Source of the DNA: Octopus sinensis
Taxonomy: Eukaryota
NCBI RefSeq assembly: GCF_006345805.1
Contig: NC_043015.1
Location: 18,848,001 to 18,912,000, forward strand
Reading direction: 5' to 3'
Length of the DNA: 64,000 nucleotides
Positions 41,585 to 52,907 of the stretch are shown one piece after another. A model generated the notes under the pieces. That model saw only the letters and a list, made by a program, of their open reading frames with translations. It did no database searches and was not told the origin of the DNA. Position 1 is the stretch's first letter. Each line of letters starts with the position of its first letter. Made by a program: the position numbers and the translations under genes.

Positions 41585-43539
41585 AAGAGAGAATAAAAAT
41601 GAACCTGCTTCTTGAATCATGAATAAAAATTGTACTTTTCTGTTTCCGTTATAGAAATAATACAATGTAATATTTATGACATCATCTAAGCACACAATTT
41701 ATATAAGTGTATATGTGCATGTATATGCAGATACCAATACATACATGCATACATATATATATGCTTACAATCATATATCTATAAGGGTGTGTTTTATATG
41801 TATGCGTATGTGTGTGTGTGTTTGTGAATACTTACACACACCTATATGCATACATATACATATATATATATATACACATATATATGAGTGTGTGTATGTT
41901 TTACTGTATGTTTTTGTGAATGTGTGTGCGTACACTTGAAAAAAACAGTCTCTTCAATTACGAATGAAATAAGTTATATTGTCGAGGAAAATAATGCAAT
42001 AGAATACAGGCTTTGCTGTAAGTGATATATTATTATTTCTACAAAGAGGCTCTCTAAACACAAGTATTTCAGGTATTTTCCTTTTTATATTTTTTTAATT
42101 TTAATTCAAGTTTTCTTTGTATGTATCGAATGAATACTGAAAATGCTACAGCTTAAGAGGTTTGTATCCAGTTTTGCATACCATTTGAATCTTACTTAGC
42201 AGATGTCTCTAACAGATGTTTTCGTAGAGAGAACAAAATATTGAATAATGCTAAACATTAGAGAAAATGTATTGCTCATGGGTTAATCAAATGTTACAAT
42301 CCATATGTAAAATGTTTGGAAATTTTCAAACCAATTGTTCAAATTCCTTATTTATACATTTATGTGGTATCGGATACATAAAGACATTGTTCAAACCAGA
42401 TATACAATAAAGCATCAAGTTCTTGTAAGTTGTTTGAATCTGGGTATTAATTCTGATACGAAAAAAAAAAATTATCAGTTTAAAAATTCTTTTAGAAACG
42501 AGAGACATGCGTGAACATGAAAATCTAGTTCAAAAGTTTTGAGATTAGTTAGAACGTCTATGCGCATTATGTTGTCTACTATTCTTTTCTATTAACTCTT
42601 CTGGCTTTATTACTGAATATTTGGTTGTTAATATCCTTATATGATAGTTTATATTTCTCAGATAAAAGAATTTATAATATTGCGATTTTTTCGGTTATTT
42701 TCTTATTGAAATGCATTTTACTATTTTGACGAATAGCTCAAATACATAAACTACTAGTTTGATAACCGTCACCTTGCTAACGTCAAGATGATAAAACTTT
42801 AATTTAGATTGTTTGTCCATTTAAAATATTACCTGTAATATAACTGTATATTCAGTTTGTGAATACATGTGAATGCTAGTAATAGTTGTGGTTCATGATG
42901 AATGTCAATATTTTTCTTTCTAATGATAATCTTGTCCACAGTATGAATGTAGCTTTTTAGTAAAATATCATACCCAAACCTTATGCACAAAAGGGTAAAT
43001 GATCAATTTCAATGAAACATTTTTATTCACTATAAGGAATGTTTTTATTCAAAATTTTAAAATTGTTTTATAGCAACAAATATCTGAGTGAAAAATAATA
43101 CATTTAAATTACAAATAGTAGATACTATTGTTTTACTGATTGAAGGTTTTTGTAACATAGTTTACCCACCCCAAGAATAAGTAGTTCCAAGAGGAAAAAA
43201 AAGAACTGCATTTAATATATCGAAATAAGTTTACAGCAGAATTATCTGTTTTAGTTATCTGTTGTTATTTTAAAAATTACTTTTCTCTTTCTTCTAGTTT
43301 TACCATCTTTATCCTTTTCCCTTTATTACTGTTGTTGTAGTTGAAAGTGAAATATTCAGTACCCTGTATTTCTGACCGAAAAAAAACACAATACATATTT
43401 GACTCGTTTATATTTTATTTCGTTTCTCCATATAAATTATTCGAAAATTTGAAAAGGATAGTGAGTGACGAACTGACGGAAGGAGAAACACGTAAATAAT
43501 ATTATAAATTTGTTTTTAGAAATAATAATATATTTTGAT

Positions 43540-43579
<40 letters not shown>

Positions 43580-44227
43580 TGTGTGTGTGTGTATGTGTGT
43601 ATGTATATATATCTATATATTTATGTATATAATACAAAAAATATGTAATATAGATATTTTACTAGCTCCTGTGGAGGGCTCTTCATTGGGCTTTGGGTTC
43701 AACAATGCATTAACCACATATTAAATTTTATTAAACTTGAACAGTATTTTTCAAGCAATGAACAATTTTTATCGAAACAATGATATAATTCGTCTACTTG
43801 GAACCTATTGCAAGGCCGCATGATAAAGAGCGTTTTTTGTCTTCCCATTCGAGGGTTAGTACAAATAGCTTGTTTCTATTTCCTACCCTTGAACAACCAG
43901 CATATAGCTGGCTGTAGGTAATAATAAACTTACCATTTAAAAAGTTCAACGATAATACTTCTGCCGCTACTTAATTTAAAGATAATTTGATGTACGTAGA
44001 GTCTTACTTTTCGTACAAACAATTATTTGTAGAAGCCGGTACGTATCTGAATTCTTGTTCGTAGTTTGAAGGAAAAGTACACCACTGTCGCTAGACACTA
44101 TTTTAAAGAGCGATTTTTATGGTTTGGAATTGCTCTAAGCGTATTTGACTATAAAGATGTTTGAAATTCAGTATTTTTAAAATTATTTTTCACGGTAAAA
44201 TAAGTTAATAATATCTGAAAATGTACT

Positions 44228-44445
44228 AAGGCGGCGAACTGGCATTAACGTTAATATGCTCGGCGAAATACTTAGCGGTATTTTATCTGTCTTTACATTC
44301 TGAGTTCAAATTCCGCCGAGGTCGACTTTACCTTTCATCCTTTCGGAGTCGATGAATTAAGTACCAGTTGCATACTAGGGTCGATCTAAGCGATTGGCCC
44401 CCACTAAAATTTCGGGCCTTGTGCATAGAGTAGAAAAGAATTTCT
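44228..44445 (+). mobile_element. tRNA-derived SINE
   Basis: ggcgaactggc...atacttagcggtattt...ctgagttcaaattccgccgaggtcgact. Confidence 0.85.
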
Positions 44446-44805
44446 GAAAAAAATATTAAGTTTCCAACATTTTTATGGTAGAGAGTTATGAGAGGTAATA
44501 TTGTGAGAAAGTGAGTTCAATGCGTATTTCAGTTATGAAGCACGTGTTATGGTTAAATTACTTGATACAGTTTTAATATTTAGAGAAAGATGTTTTCAAA
44601 ATGTTTATTTTGGAAATTACTTTTCGAAATAGTCATAATATTTAGAGAAATAGTTTTTTTCAAAATGTTAGGTTTAAGAAAAAAACCAAGAATGAAGAAT
44701 AGTAGAAGAGTCATTGAATAGTGAGAGAGAGGGTCGGAGGAGTAAAGTTGAGTAAGTGTCACACACTGACATACTGACATTCGCTTTCGCATTTATTATT
44801 ATAGA

Positions 44806-45252
44806 CTAGCTATTTTGACCCGTGCTTCGCCCGGGTTCTGGTGGTGGTGTTGTCTCCTTTTCCCTTCCTTCTTTTGTCCGTCTTCTTTGCCTGGTTCTTT
44901 TTATTGCCCCCTTCTTTACTCCCCTTTCCAAAATATCCCCAATTTTTACACCCACAATTAAAGATAACCGCCTCTAGCCCCTGCAAGCAAGACAAAAAGC
45001 CACCATTATTCAAACAGCGCAACCTGTCTATCCCATAAATCTCATTTTTTCCTATATTCCTCACCATGGCAACCAAACGGCAGACCTGAGCGAGTTGCAA
45101 CCCTCCTCACACCACTGTCCACCCAATTTTACCCCCCGTGTAAATTTTGGCATCAATCCGACCCCATCTACTGCCCCTTAAATCCTTCCCATCCCAAAAT
45201 GAGACAAATAACCAAGAAATCAAACAACTTTTTCGCATTTCAGCTTTATAGA
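44806..45252 (-). mobile_element. Non-autonomous Helitron
   Basis: Minus strand starts A|TCTATAAAGCTGAAA and ends with hairpin acccg..cgggt plus CTAG|T. Confidence 0.75.
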
Positions 45253-48111
45253 TATTGATAACGGTTGTTCCTTCCTGAACCAGCTTCGGGGTCCTGCATC
45301 ATGCATCCTTTGTCCTCCCATTCCACGCCTCCAAGAACAAATTGCAGGCTTGCTGTTGGTTATACGGCTATTGGGTTGACTGCAATGTAATTTTCGAACG
45401 AACACCCCTACCTAAGATTCGAACACGTCCCTTATTAATCCACGTGGCGGACGATACGATTTGTTAATTGTTCGGAACACTTTTCATATTTCAATTTTAA
45501 AATGCAAAGTAATGACCGAAAGAAGAGTACAATCCCAAATGCAAGCGGTCGAAATAGGGTTCCTCTGATGGATCTCTGGAGTAACGTTACTCGACAGGGT
45601 GCGTAACTCGGAGGTTAGGGATTCTCTTCAAGTGGAGCTGCTATTTCTCCACACTGAGAGGTCACGTTTTCAGTACTACAGACATGGGATTAGAATGCCG
45701 CTGGAAAGAATCACAAAACGGATTCTTCAAGCCAAGGACGAGATGGTTGGATAATTTCCATAGTCCCAGTTAGTCACGCTTGGGAATTCAGCATGGAAGT
45801 GTAATGACGATTGTTTCAGATAGGAGTCTATGAAGGAAGTACTTGAGGATCCCAGTACCTCTTCTAAAATGTTTGATCTTAATCCTAAATAAAAGAAGTG
45901 TTTTAGAAAAAAAAATGTAAATCACAGCGAATAGATTCTGCCACCAAGTCTCGATTACCTTCGAGATATGACCTTGTCGTTGATGACATGAATGAAAAGA
46001 ATTCCCATTTCTCCACAAGAAAAATCTCTAAGATTTCCATAAAATATTAGGTAAAGTCAATTAATTGCTTATGAGATTGTTTGCATGTTATTGATAACAT
46101 TATTTTCTTGTTGCAGTTGATGAGGTTATTATTGAATGTCAACTGTTGACTCTATTTAAACAGAGTTCGGCTTTCTACTTTTTCCTCATGATGAATCACC
46201 TGTCAGCTTTGCTAAACTGTAATAGCATGAAGTTGTTAAAATGTTGTAAACCACATTTAAAACAATACCATAAAAAATAGTTTCCTACTTTCAGTGAACT
46301 ATTTTTAAGTTATGAGCTACATTAATCTTAAAAAATTAATATAGTATTATTCCTGAAATCTGCAAACCAGGCAAACTATGATTAAGCAAAACAGGAATAA
46401 AATGAACAATGAAACAGATAAAAGGAGGTTTAAAAGAAATTAAACCACGGGAGCATGCAACTATTGACAAGGAAAATTTATTGTTCTTGACAAATTCATT
46501 GATTTCTGACAGAGTCATAATACACGAGAATGGAGAAGAGAATTAGAAAAACAGTATTATTAGACAACAGAAACTAGTGAACAAAACTACTTTACGACGC
46601 ACCTCGTTTTTAATCGCACCAGAAAATAGTCTGATTGTCAAGTAGGTTGTAAATAACAAAACTTCTTTCTATATTTGAATTAATTTGTAGTTGGTTCTAC
46701 TGTCCTATCAGAGACCGCTAGAATTTTCCATACCTGATACTTGTGCAGTTTCCGAAGGGTAATCAACTCTATTAATTTTGTTGTTGTTTACTCCCACGCC
46801 AACTCCCATCGCTCACTTTTTCCTTGGCACAGTGAACTTAGAACAACGTAACATACATCAGTTAATGTATAGGCGTGAAAGGAAGTTGTGTGCGTATGTG
46901 TATAGAAAAGGGTGTTAGCGCTATAACATATGCTAAAGCAGAAAATAGTGCATACAACGACAGGCAGAACAAAAACTCTACGTTTAGATAGATATATGAT
47001 CAGAAAGAGTCACACACCAAGAGACTCGAACACAAGTACACACATCTCTAGTAAGTGACAGAAGTCAAAACTAATAAATCGCTGAGGAATATGCCCAGTG
47101 TTATATAGATACTGTCACCTGACTGTGTATGTATGCATGTGTGTGTACCTGTGCTTGAGTGTTTGGTGCTGCTGATTCGCTGTAGAGCAGGAATGACTTT
47201 CTGTTGTGATTCCTTCGACACTTTTAAGATGCAGTGCCTTCTTGTCGTAAGAGATTGCAATTACGAATTCTTATACTAGCAGTGGGAAGCCAAGTAAGAT
47301 TCTACGCTCAAGTCATCCACGGTACTTCATTGGAAGACGCAACAGCGTGCGAGTCTAGAGCATCACGATCACTCCCGCCTATAATACAACTTCCTTCCAT
47401 ATATCCCCACTCATGAGGCTACTAAAGAAGTGATGCACGTGATAGTCTCGCCGACGAAACGAATGGTTAGTGGCATGTGATTCAAGGAAGTTCTAGACGT
47501 GATGTATATATATAAACTTTCACCTGCAACAATGCGTAAGGTAGAGAAAAGTAAATTTCAGTTTCTGGGGGGAAATATTGCATAGAATGGAATGGTTAAA
47601 TAGTAGTTAAATACATTGGGATAATTAAAGAGATGTGGGTAACATATCTATGTTAGTAGAAAATTTGCTCACAAATACAACAGGGATAGGCTGTGAAATG
47701 GTACAAATCGACACACGTGCGCGCATGCGGCATGCAAGCACTCACAGACACATACGTACACATACGCTCACATGCGCATACGCATGAAAATAAGCTGTTT
47801 AACGCTGTTGCTCAAATGCAAATATAACTGTAAATGAAAGCCGATAAGTGGACTAAGTCCCGTACGGAAATCGTTTCACGCAACAGCTATAGATTGGACG
47901 GTAGTGATAAGCACAGGAACTCACTATACCGAAACGTACAAAGTACAAAGATCCAGTGGATTAGCATTCAACAATTCTAGTATCTTCAAATAACTTAATG
48001 AATGAGTTACACAGTTATGATCCGACAGCATTTTACAATTTGCAATTTTGCAAATATGACAAATAGTTTTATTTGTTTATTATTATTCACATCATACAAA
48101 GGTGCAAAACA

Positions 48112-48149
<38 letters not shown>

Positions 48150-49729
48150 AACACACACACACACACAATTATATATGTATTTACATGGTCGTGTGTATAA
48201 TGTGGGCGGAAATGCGTATATACACAAGTGGATAATTTCAAAGTTAGGTGAACGGATTGATCGAATGAACGACTAAATTGATAGTTATAACTGACAACAA
48301 AAATAGAAGTGGAACCTCGCAACTACACTAGACTGGAGCATCCTAACTAAGCCCAGCAAATATAGGAGAGGCGGTAGCAAATGCAGTCCTTGTATTACAG
48401 AGAATTTAGATCTCACAACTCCAATAGCGAATATTATGCACATTTGAGAAGAAACGTTTTCCTCTTGTATGCACAAACAAAGCTTAAACTACGAAATTTT
48501 TAGCATGGTCTGATTATTTTAAAAATTTAATTAAAAATTTTGTTTCGTCTAATTCTGTCCCATATGTGGGAGCTACTTTGCTTTCATGGTGTAATATCGA
48601 AAAATATTCAACCTGCTACTTGATGCTACAAAATGGAGCCAAACATAAATTGAAAAGCTTGGGACATGGTATGTTGCATAAAGTGCATAGAACAATATAG
48701 GGAATCCTACACAAACTTTATAAGACATATGACCCATTGTGTAGATGAGCAGAAGGAAAAGTACTGGTGTTCGTACAATAAAAAGAGACCAGAATCCATA
48801 CTCTGCCAACATGCCGTAGATAAAGAATGCTGAAATAAAATCCGAAAGCACTCACAAATCCCCGAGATAGCGTACCTGTTGAAAACAGGAGTTGAAACTA
48901 CCCACTCCTTCAGTAGAATCAGGAGTAGAACAATAATGGTCTCCTCTCGCAAAGATCACTACACTAAATGTAAATAACAATAGTAAAATAACGAACGAAT
49001 GAAGGTATATAATATGTGCAGGTATAGAATATATATATATTTCTTAATAAGGTTTACTATGGAATATATCCATAGGTTTTAAGCCATACTATTTTCGTAA
49101 ATTAGTTAATTCATTTATTAAATTTACTCGATAGATGAGACATTCGTTAACGTTTGTCATGTTTATTATAACACTTCACGTGGACATTAAAAGAGGAATT
49201 GACTGAAAACTAGTTTGCTCTGAAGTAGAGATTAGAGACCAATACCCATTTGTGTTAGGAAGATCTTTTTAACAGCTATAAGGCATTGCCCTCTACTTCA
49301 TTGTTCACAGTTTGGTTGTAAATAAATATGAAAGACTTTTTACGACTGTCTCTTGTATTTAATGAATTTTAATCAGTGAATTAAATTACGGAAACAGTAA
49401 CGACCAAAAACTGATAAATATACTCCATACTTAGAATGAAAATCTAAGCACTTAGTGGCAATTAGTTGAATTGTTAGTGTTTAATTGCCTTATGGTATTC
49501 TAGTCCCTAACACTTTGAATAAAAAGTTACTTTTCTTATTTTCAGGCTAGATAAATATATATTAGTCCAGAGTAGTGTGTGGATAGTATTATAAAATTGT
49601 TCCAGTCTTGCGCAAGCCACTTCACTGTCATCGAATTCGAATTCTTTACTTTACTGGCACAAGGTCCAGTTAAGAAAGACAAACTAGTCTCAAAAGACCC
49701 ATAGTATTTGACAAATCAATGAACTTTCT

Positions 49730-49902
49730 ACTATTGGTACAAGGCCTGAAATTTTGGGGGAGGGTAATAGTCGATTACATCAACCTCGAAACGATGAAAG
49801 GCAAGGTCGTCCTCAGCAGAATTTAAACTCACATGTAAAGAAGGACAAAATATAGCTAAGCATTTTGTCCGACAGGCTGACGATTCTAGCGGCTAAGCGC
49901 CT
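49730..49902 (-). mobile_element. Diverged tRNA-derived SINE
   Basis: aaaggcaaggtcgtcctcagcagaatttaaactc...gctaagcattttgtcc..gattct. Confidence 0.7.
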
Positions 49903-49908
49903 TAATTA

Positions 49909-49998
49909 ATACACAATACGCGCACTGGTTGTAGTTTATTATTAATTAATTAATTAATTAATTAATAATAAACTACAACCAGTGCGCGTATTGTGTAT
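49909..49998. repeat. 90 bp perfect palindrome centred on (TAAT)n
   Basis: atacacaatacgcgcactggttgtagtttattatt(aatt)n aataataaactacaaccagtgcgcgtattgtgtat. Confidence 0.95.
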
Positions 49999-50116
49999 GT
50001 GTGTGGGGCGGTGAATGGGTTAGAATGATCCCCTACTATTTCCTGTCATTCTGCTTCAAGTATGATTTCATATCAAGAAATCTTATGCTAAAAATACGAG
50101 AAGAATATCTCTCTCT

Positions 50117-50245
50117 TTGGTAGCCAAGATCAAGGAGGTTTTCGAAGATCTTCCGAGGGACACAATAAGGAATGCATGCAACAAGTTCCGGAGTCGTCTA
50201 GAGGCTGAGGTGGAAGCTGAGTGCAGTTGGTTTGAGTTAGCTGCA
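50117..50245 (+). mobile_element. Tc1/mariner-superfamily transposase C-terminal fragment
   Basis: Translates LVAKIKEVFEDLPRDTIRNACNKFRSRLEAEVEAECSWFE, like the L...I...W..L....I..AC..FR.RL..V..A.G..FE terminus. Confidence 0.65.
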
Positions 50246-52215
50246 TAATTTCAGAAAAAAGAAAAAACAATCTTTAGATTTCCTTACATCGACAGATTAC
50301 CAGGCATAGTTTTATTTGATTCATTAATTAAGGGTGTCTTTTCTTTATTGTAATTATTGAATTTCTGCTAAATCTAATTAACCCACTTGATTTTTCATGC
50401 GGTTTTAATCGGAATATTAATCTATGTTTCCGCTTATATAATTTACAAAGATTTCAAATGTAATTATTATAAGCTGATCATGAACAATTTATATATCAAA
50501 GCATTGCTGCCAAACGGAAAGATAAGGAGATTTTTTTGTTAATATACCTGATCGTATTTGTGGCGAAATAATAATTTTTGTGCTTTATTTAAGAGTAGGA
50601 ATAAAAATATAAAGTAAATGTTACAAAATCTGTAAAAATTCGACAAATGTGTGAAAAATAAAATATCTTACTAATAGATTTAGATATCAACATAAATGCG
50701 GAACTTAAAGGAACAAAAAAAAAAGTCTGATTTCGCATGTAACTTTTCTGGTATGCAAAAATCAAATAGTCAATTTGTTCTTTGTGACGACTGTATTTTC
50801 AAAGTTGCAAATGCAGTAATATACGGAGCAAGAAAGATGTTTAGTGTCAGTTAAAATATTTTAACATGCATTTCTACCGAATCCCTGACGAGTTAACATG
50901 AAATCTCCCAACGACAATGTAAACTTCACATAATCAAGGTATCGTTGGCCTCAAGAGTTGCTTGTAGTCTTACCCTCGTTTGAATAATTTACTACTTCCG
51001 AGGTCCCGCTATCTATGAAACTTATGTAGCCTGGATTTTATCTCCTTCATTCCCTAATGTTTGAATGTTTATTCGCATTTTCAACAACCCTTGTTGCTAA
51101 CCGTGAACTATAAAATGTACTTTTTTCGGCTTATCGTACTTCGATACGGGAAAAATACATAACTCTCTGCGCTAATAAACCACTATAGTTCTTGAAAGTT
51201 GCTTTTTTTTTATATCTTCTACAGATTGCTCGAAGCTCACTGACTTCCTCCTACTCCTTAATCCTTAGATCTTATCTTTATATTTATTTTATTATTTTAA
51301 TTTTTTTTATTTTATCTAGTTTCAACTCACGAGCTGTGGCCATGCTGGGGCACCGCCATTTATAAACTAGGGTACAAAATAGTACCAGCATTGTTAGAAA
51401 CAAGAGTCAAGAACAATTGAATTAGTCACAAAAATTACTTGTCTTAATAAGTTGACGAAAGAGAGGAAACGAAAAAACTACGCACCGAAGTGAGACACGC
51501 TCATAAGTGAAGAAGCAGTTATATTCATATCACGTGATTTCGAACTCTGATGCATTACATCTTAGTTCTCGTCAGTGGAGCTTACTGCGCTTAGGATTAA
51601 GCTCAACTCGCCTTGTCAGATCAAAAAAAACTGTTGAAGCGTGCGCAGTTTCAAAACGGTAGAAATCTATTCTATAAATAATTAAAACATACAGGCAAAT
51701 TTATAAACAAGGGTACAAAATAGTGCTAACATTGCTAGAAATAAGGGTAAAAAACGACTCAATTAGCCTCAGAAAGCATTTATTTTAATAAGTTGACGAA
51801 TTCAAATAAAGTAGCTCCGAAAAGGGCTTTAATGCGTTCCTAGAGTATATAGAACTTAGCAGGAAATACTAATAAGGTATGTATACTACAATCGTGAAGC
51901 ATGTTACGTAATAACAGGCTAATCAGATATGAAATGATAACAGTTTTGATCAAGGAGTAAATCCTTCAAATATTAATTATAATAAAGGGTAAAAATCATT
52001 AATGATATTATCAGGGGGTCAGCGCGGAAATAAAACATTAAAGGTAAATATTTTAATAATTATATACATAAGTATAACAAAGGATAGGATATAAGTCTCT
52101 CCACGCGCTAGAAAAATAGATGCCAAAATACTCTATTACCACCTTAAAAACTCCGAGAATAAAACACTGGGTTGTATGCGGGAAAAAAAAAGCTAATGAA
52201 TTAAACTTTTCGTTA

Positions 52216-52278
52216 ACCGTGTACAAGATCCTGTTTCAAGTAAAAACATTATTACTTACTGTTCTCATCAGCAACGAT
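52216..52278 (-). ncRNA. Type I hammerhead ribozyme, array C left copy
   Basis: atcgttg-CTGATGA-g..agtaa...ttact-t-GAAAC-AGGATCTT-GTA-cacggt. Helix III is near-palindromic; helix I has a 1 nt bulge. Confidence 0.7.
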
Positions 52279-52498
52279 ATTCCATAGTATAAATTTACGA
52301 GTATCTATTTGAAGCATTTACTCCTTGATCAAACCTGCATTCTCTGCAGAGTATGTTTTGATATACTACACGTGGTTGTAAAGAGAAATGTAAACTTTTC
52401 TTTACTGTATATTTCTACAATTGTGTACATATATTTGCTGTACGATGACGCCGCTCGTATGAGTATGTGAAAATACTCGTAAATTCATACTATGGAAT

Positions 52499-52567
52499 AT
52501 CGTTGCAGATGAGAGCAGTAAGTAATATTTTTTTACTTTAAGCTTGAAACAGGATCTTGTACACGAT
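52499..52567 (+). ncRNA. Hammerhead ribozyme, array C right copy (core CAGATGA, U4 mutated)
   Basis: atcgttg-CAGATGA-gagc...gctt-GAAAC-AGGATCTT-GTA-cacgat. Confidence 0.6.
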
Positions 52568-52767
52568 TAACCGAAAGTTTAATTCATTAGCTTTCTTTTG
52601 CCCGACTACAACCCAATGTTTTATTCTCGGAGTTTTTAAGGTGGTAATAGAGTCTTTTGGCGTCTATTTTTTCTGCGCGTGGAGAGGCTTAAAGCCAATC
52701 CCTTATAATTATCTATATAATTATTGAAATATTTGTAAAATTTACCTATTTTACCATTTTAGTATAT

Positions 52768-52872
52768 GTACTGCTTCGGCAGTACATATATACTAAAATT
52801 GGAACGATGCAGAGAAGATTAGCATGACTCCTGCGCAAGGGTGACGCAAATACGTGAAGCGTTCCATATATT
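52768..52872 (+). pseudogene. U6: Full-length U6 snRNA copy, probably a retro-pseudogene
   Basis: gtactgcttcggcagtacatatatactaaaattggaacgatgcagagaagattagcatg...cgtgaagcgttccatat. The ACAGAGA box reads GCAGAGA, the ISL carries changes and there is no oligo-T terminator. Confidence 0.92.
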
Positions 52873-52907
52873 AGGCGCGGGAGTGGCTGTGTGGTAAGTA
52901 GCTTGCT
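52873..52907 (+). mobile_element. 5' head (A-box region) of a tRNA-derived SINE, interrupted by the two ORF1-only elements
   Basis: aggcgcgggagtggctgtgtggtaagtagcttgct; the SINE resumes at 57174. Confidence 0.88.

Larger units (their letters stand above)
51941..52735. repeat. Array C: about 500 bp circularly permuted unit, forward 51941-52304 then inverted 52306-52735
   Basis: Arms 52047-52304 / 52473-52735 are reverse complements, and 51943-51972 is inverted at 52306-52335. Confidence 0.88.

Noticed and set aside
47405-47945. Two PLE-like GAAACG motifs with upstream stems (47410-47465, 47895-47945)
   Set aside because: The CUGANGA core is absent or mis-registered and helix I is missing.
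48573-48952. Hydrophobic 92 aa and 81 aa ORFs as a membrane-protein exon
   Set aside because: The frames overlap, splice signals conflict and no family is recognised. Hydrophobic ORFs arise readily in T-rich DNA.
50880-50910. CTGACGA-gttaacat-GAAA
   Set aside because: No complementary helix I or III.
52768-52872. Functional U6 gene
   Set aside because: The ACAGAGA box is mutated, the ISL is altered, there is no T-run terminator and the upstream DNA is a repeat.
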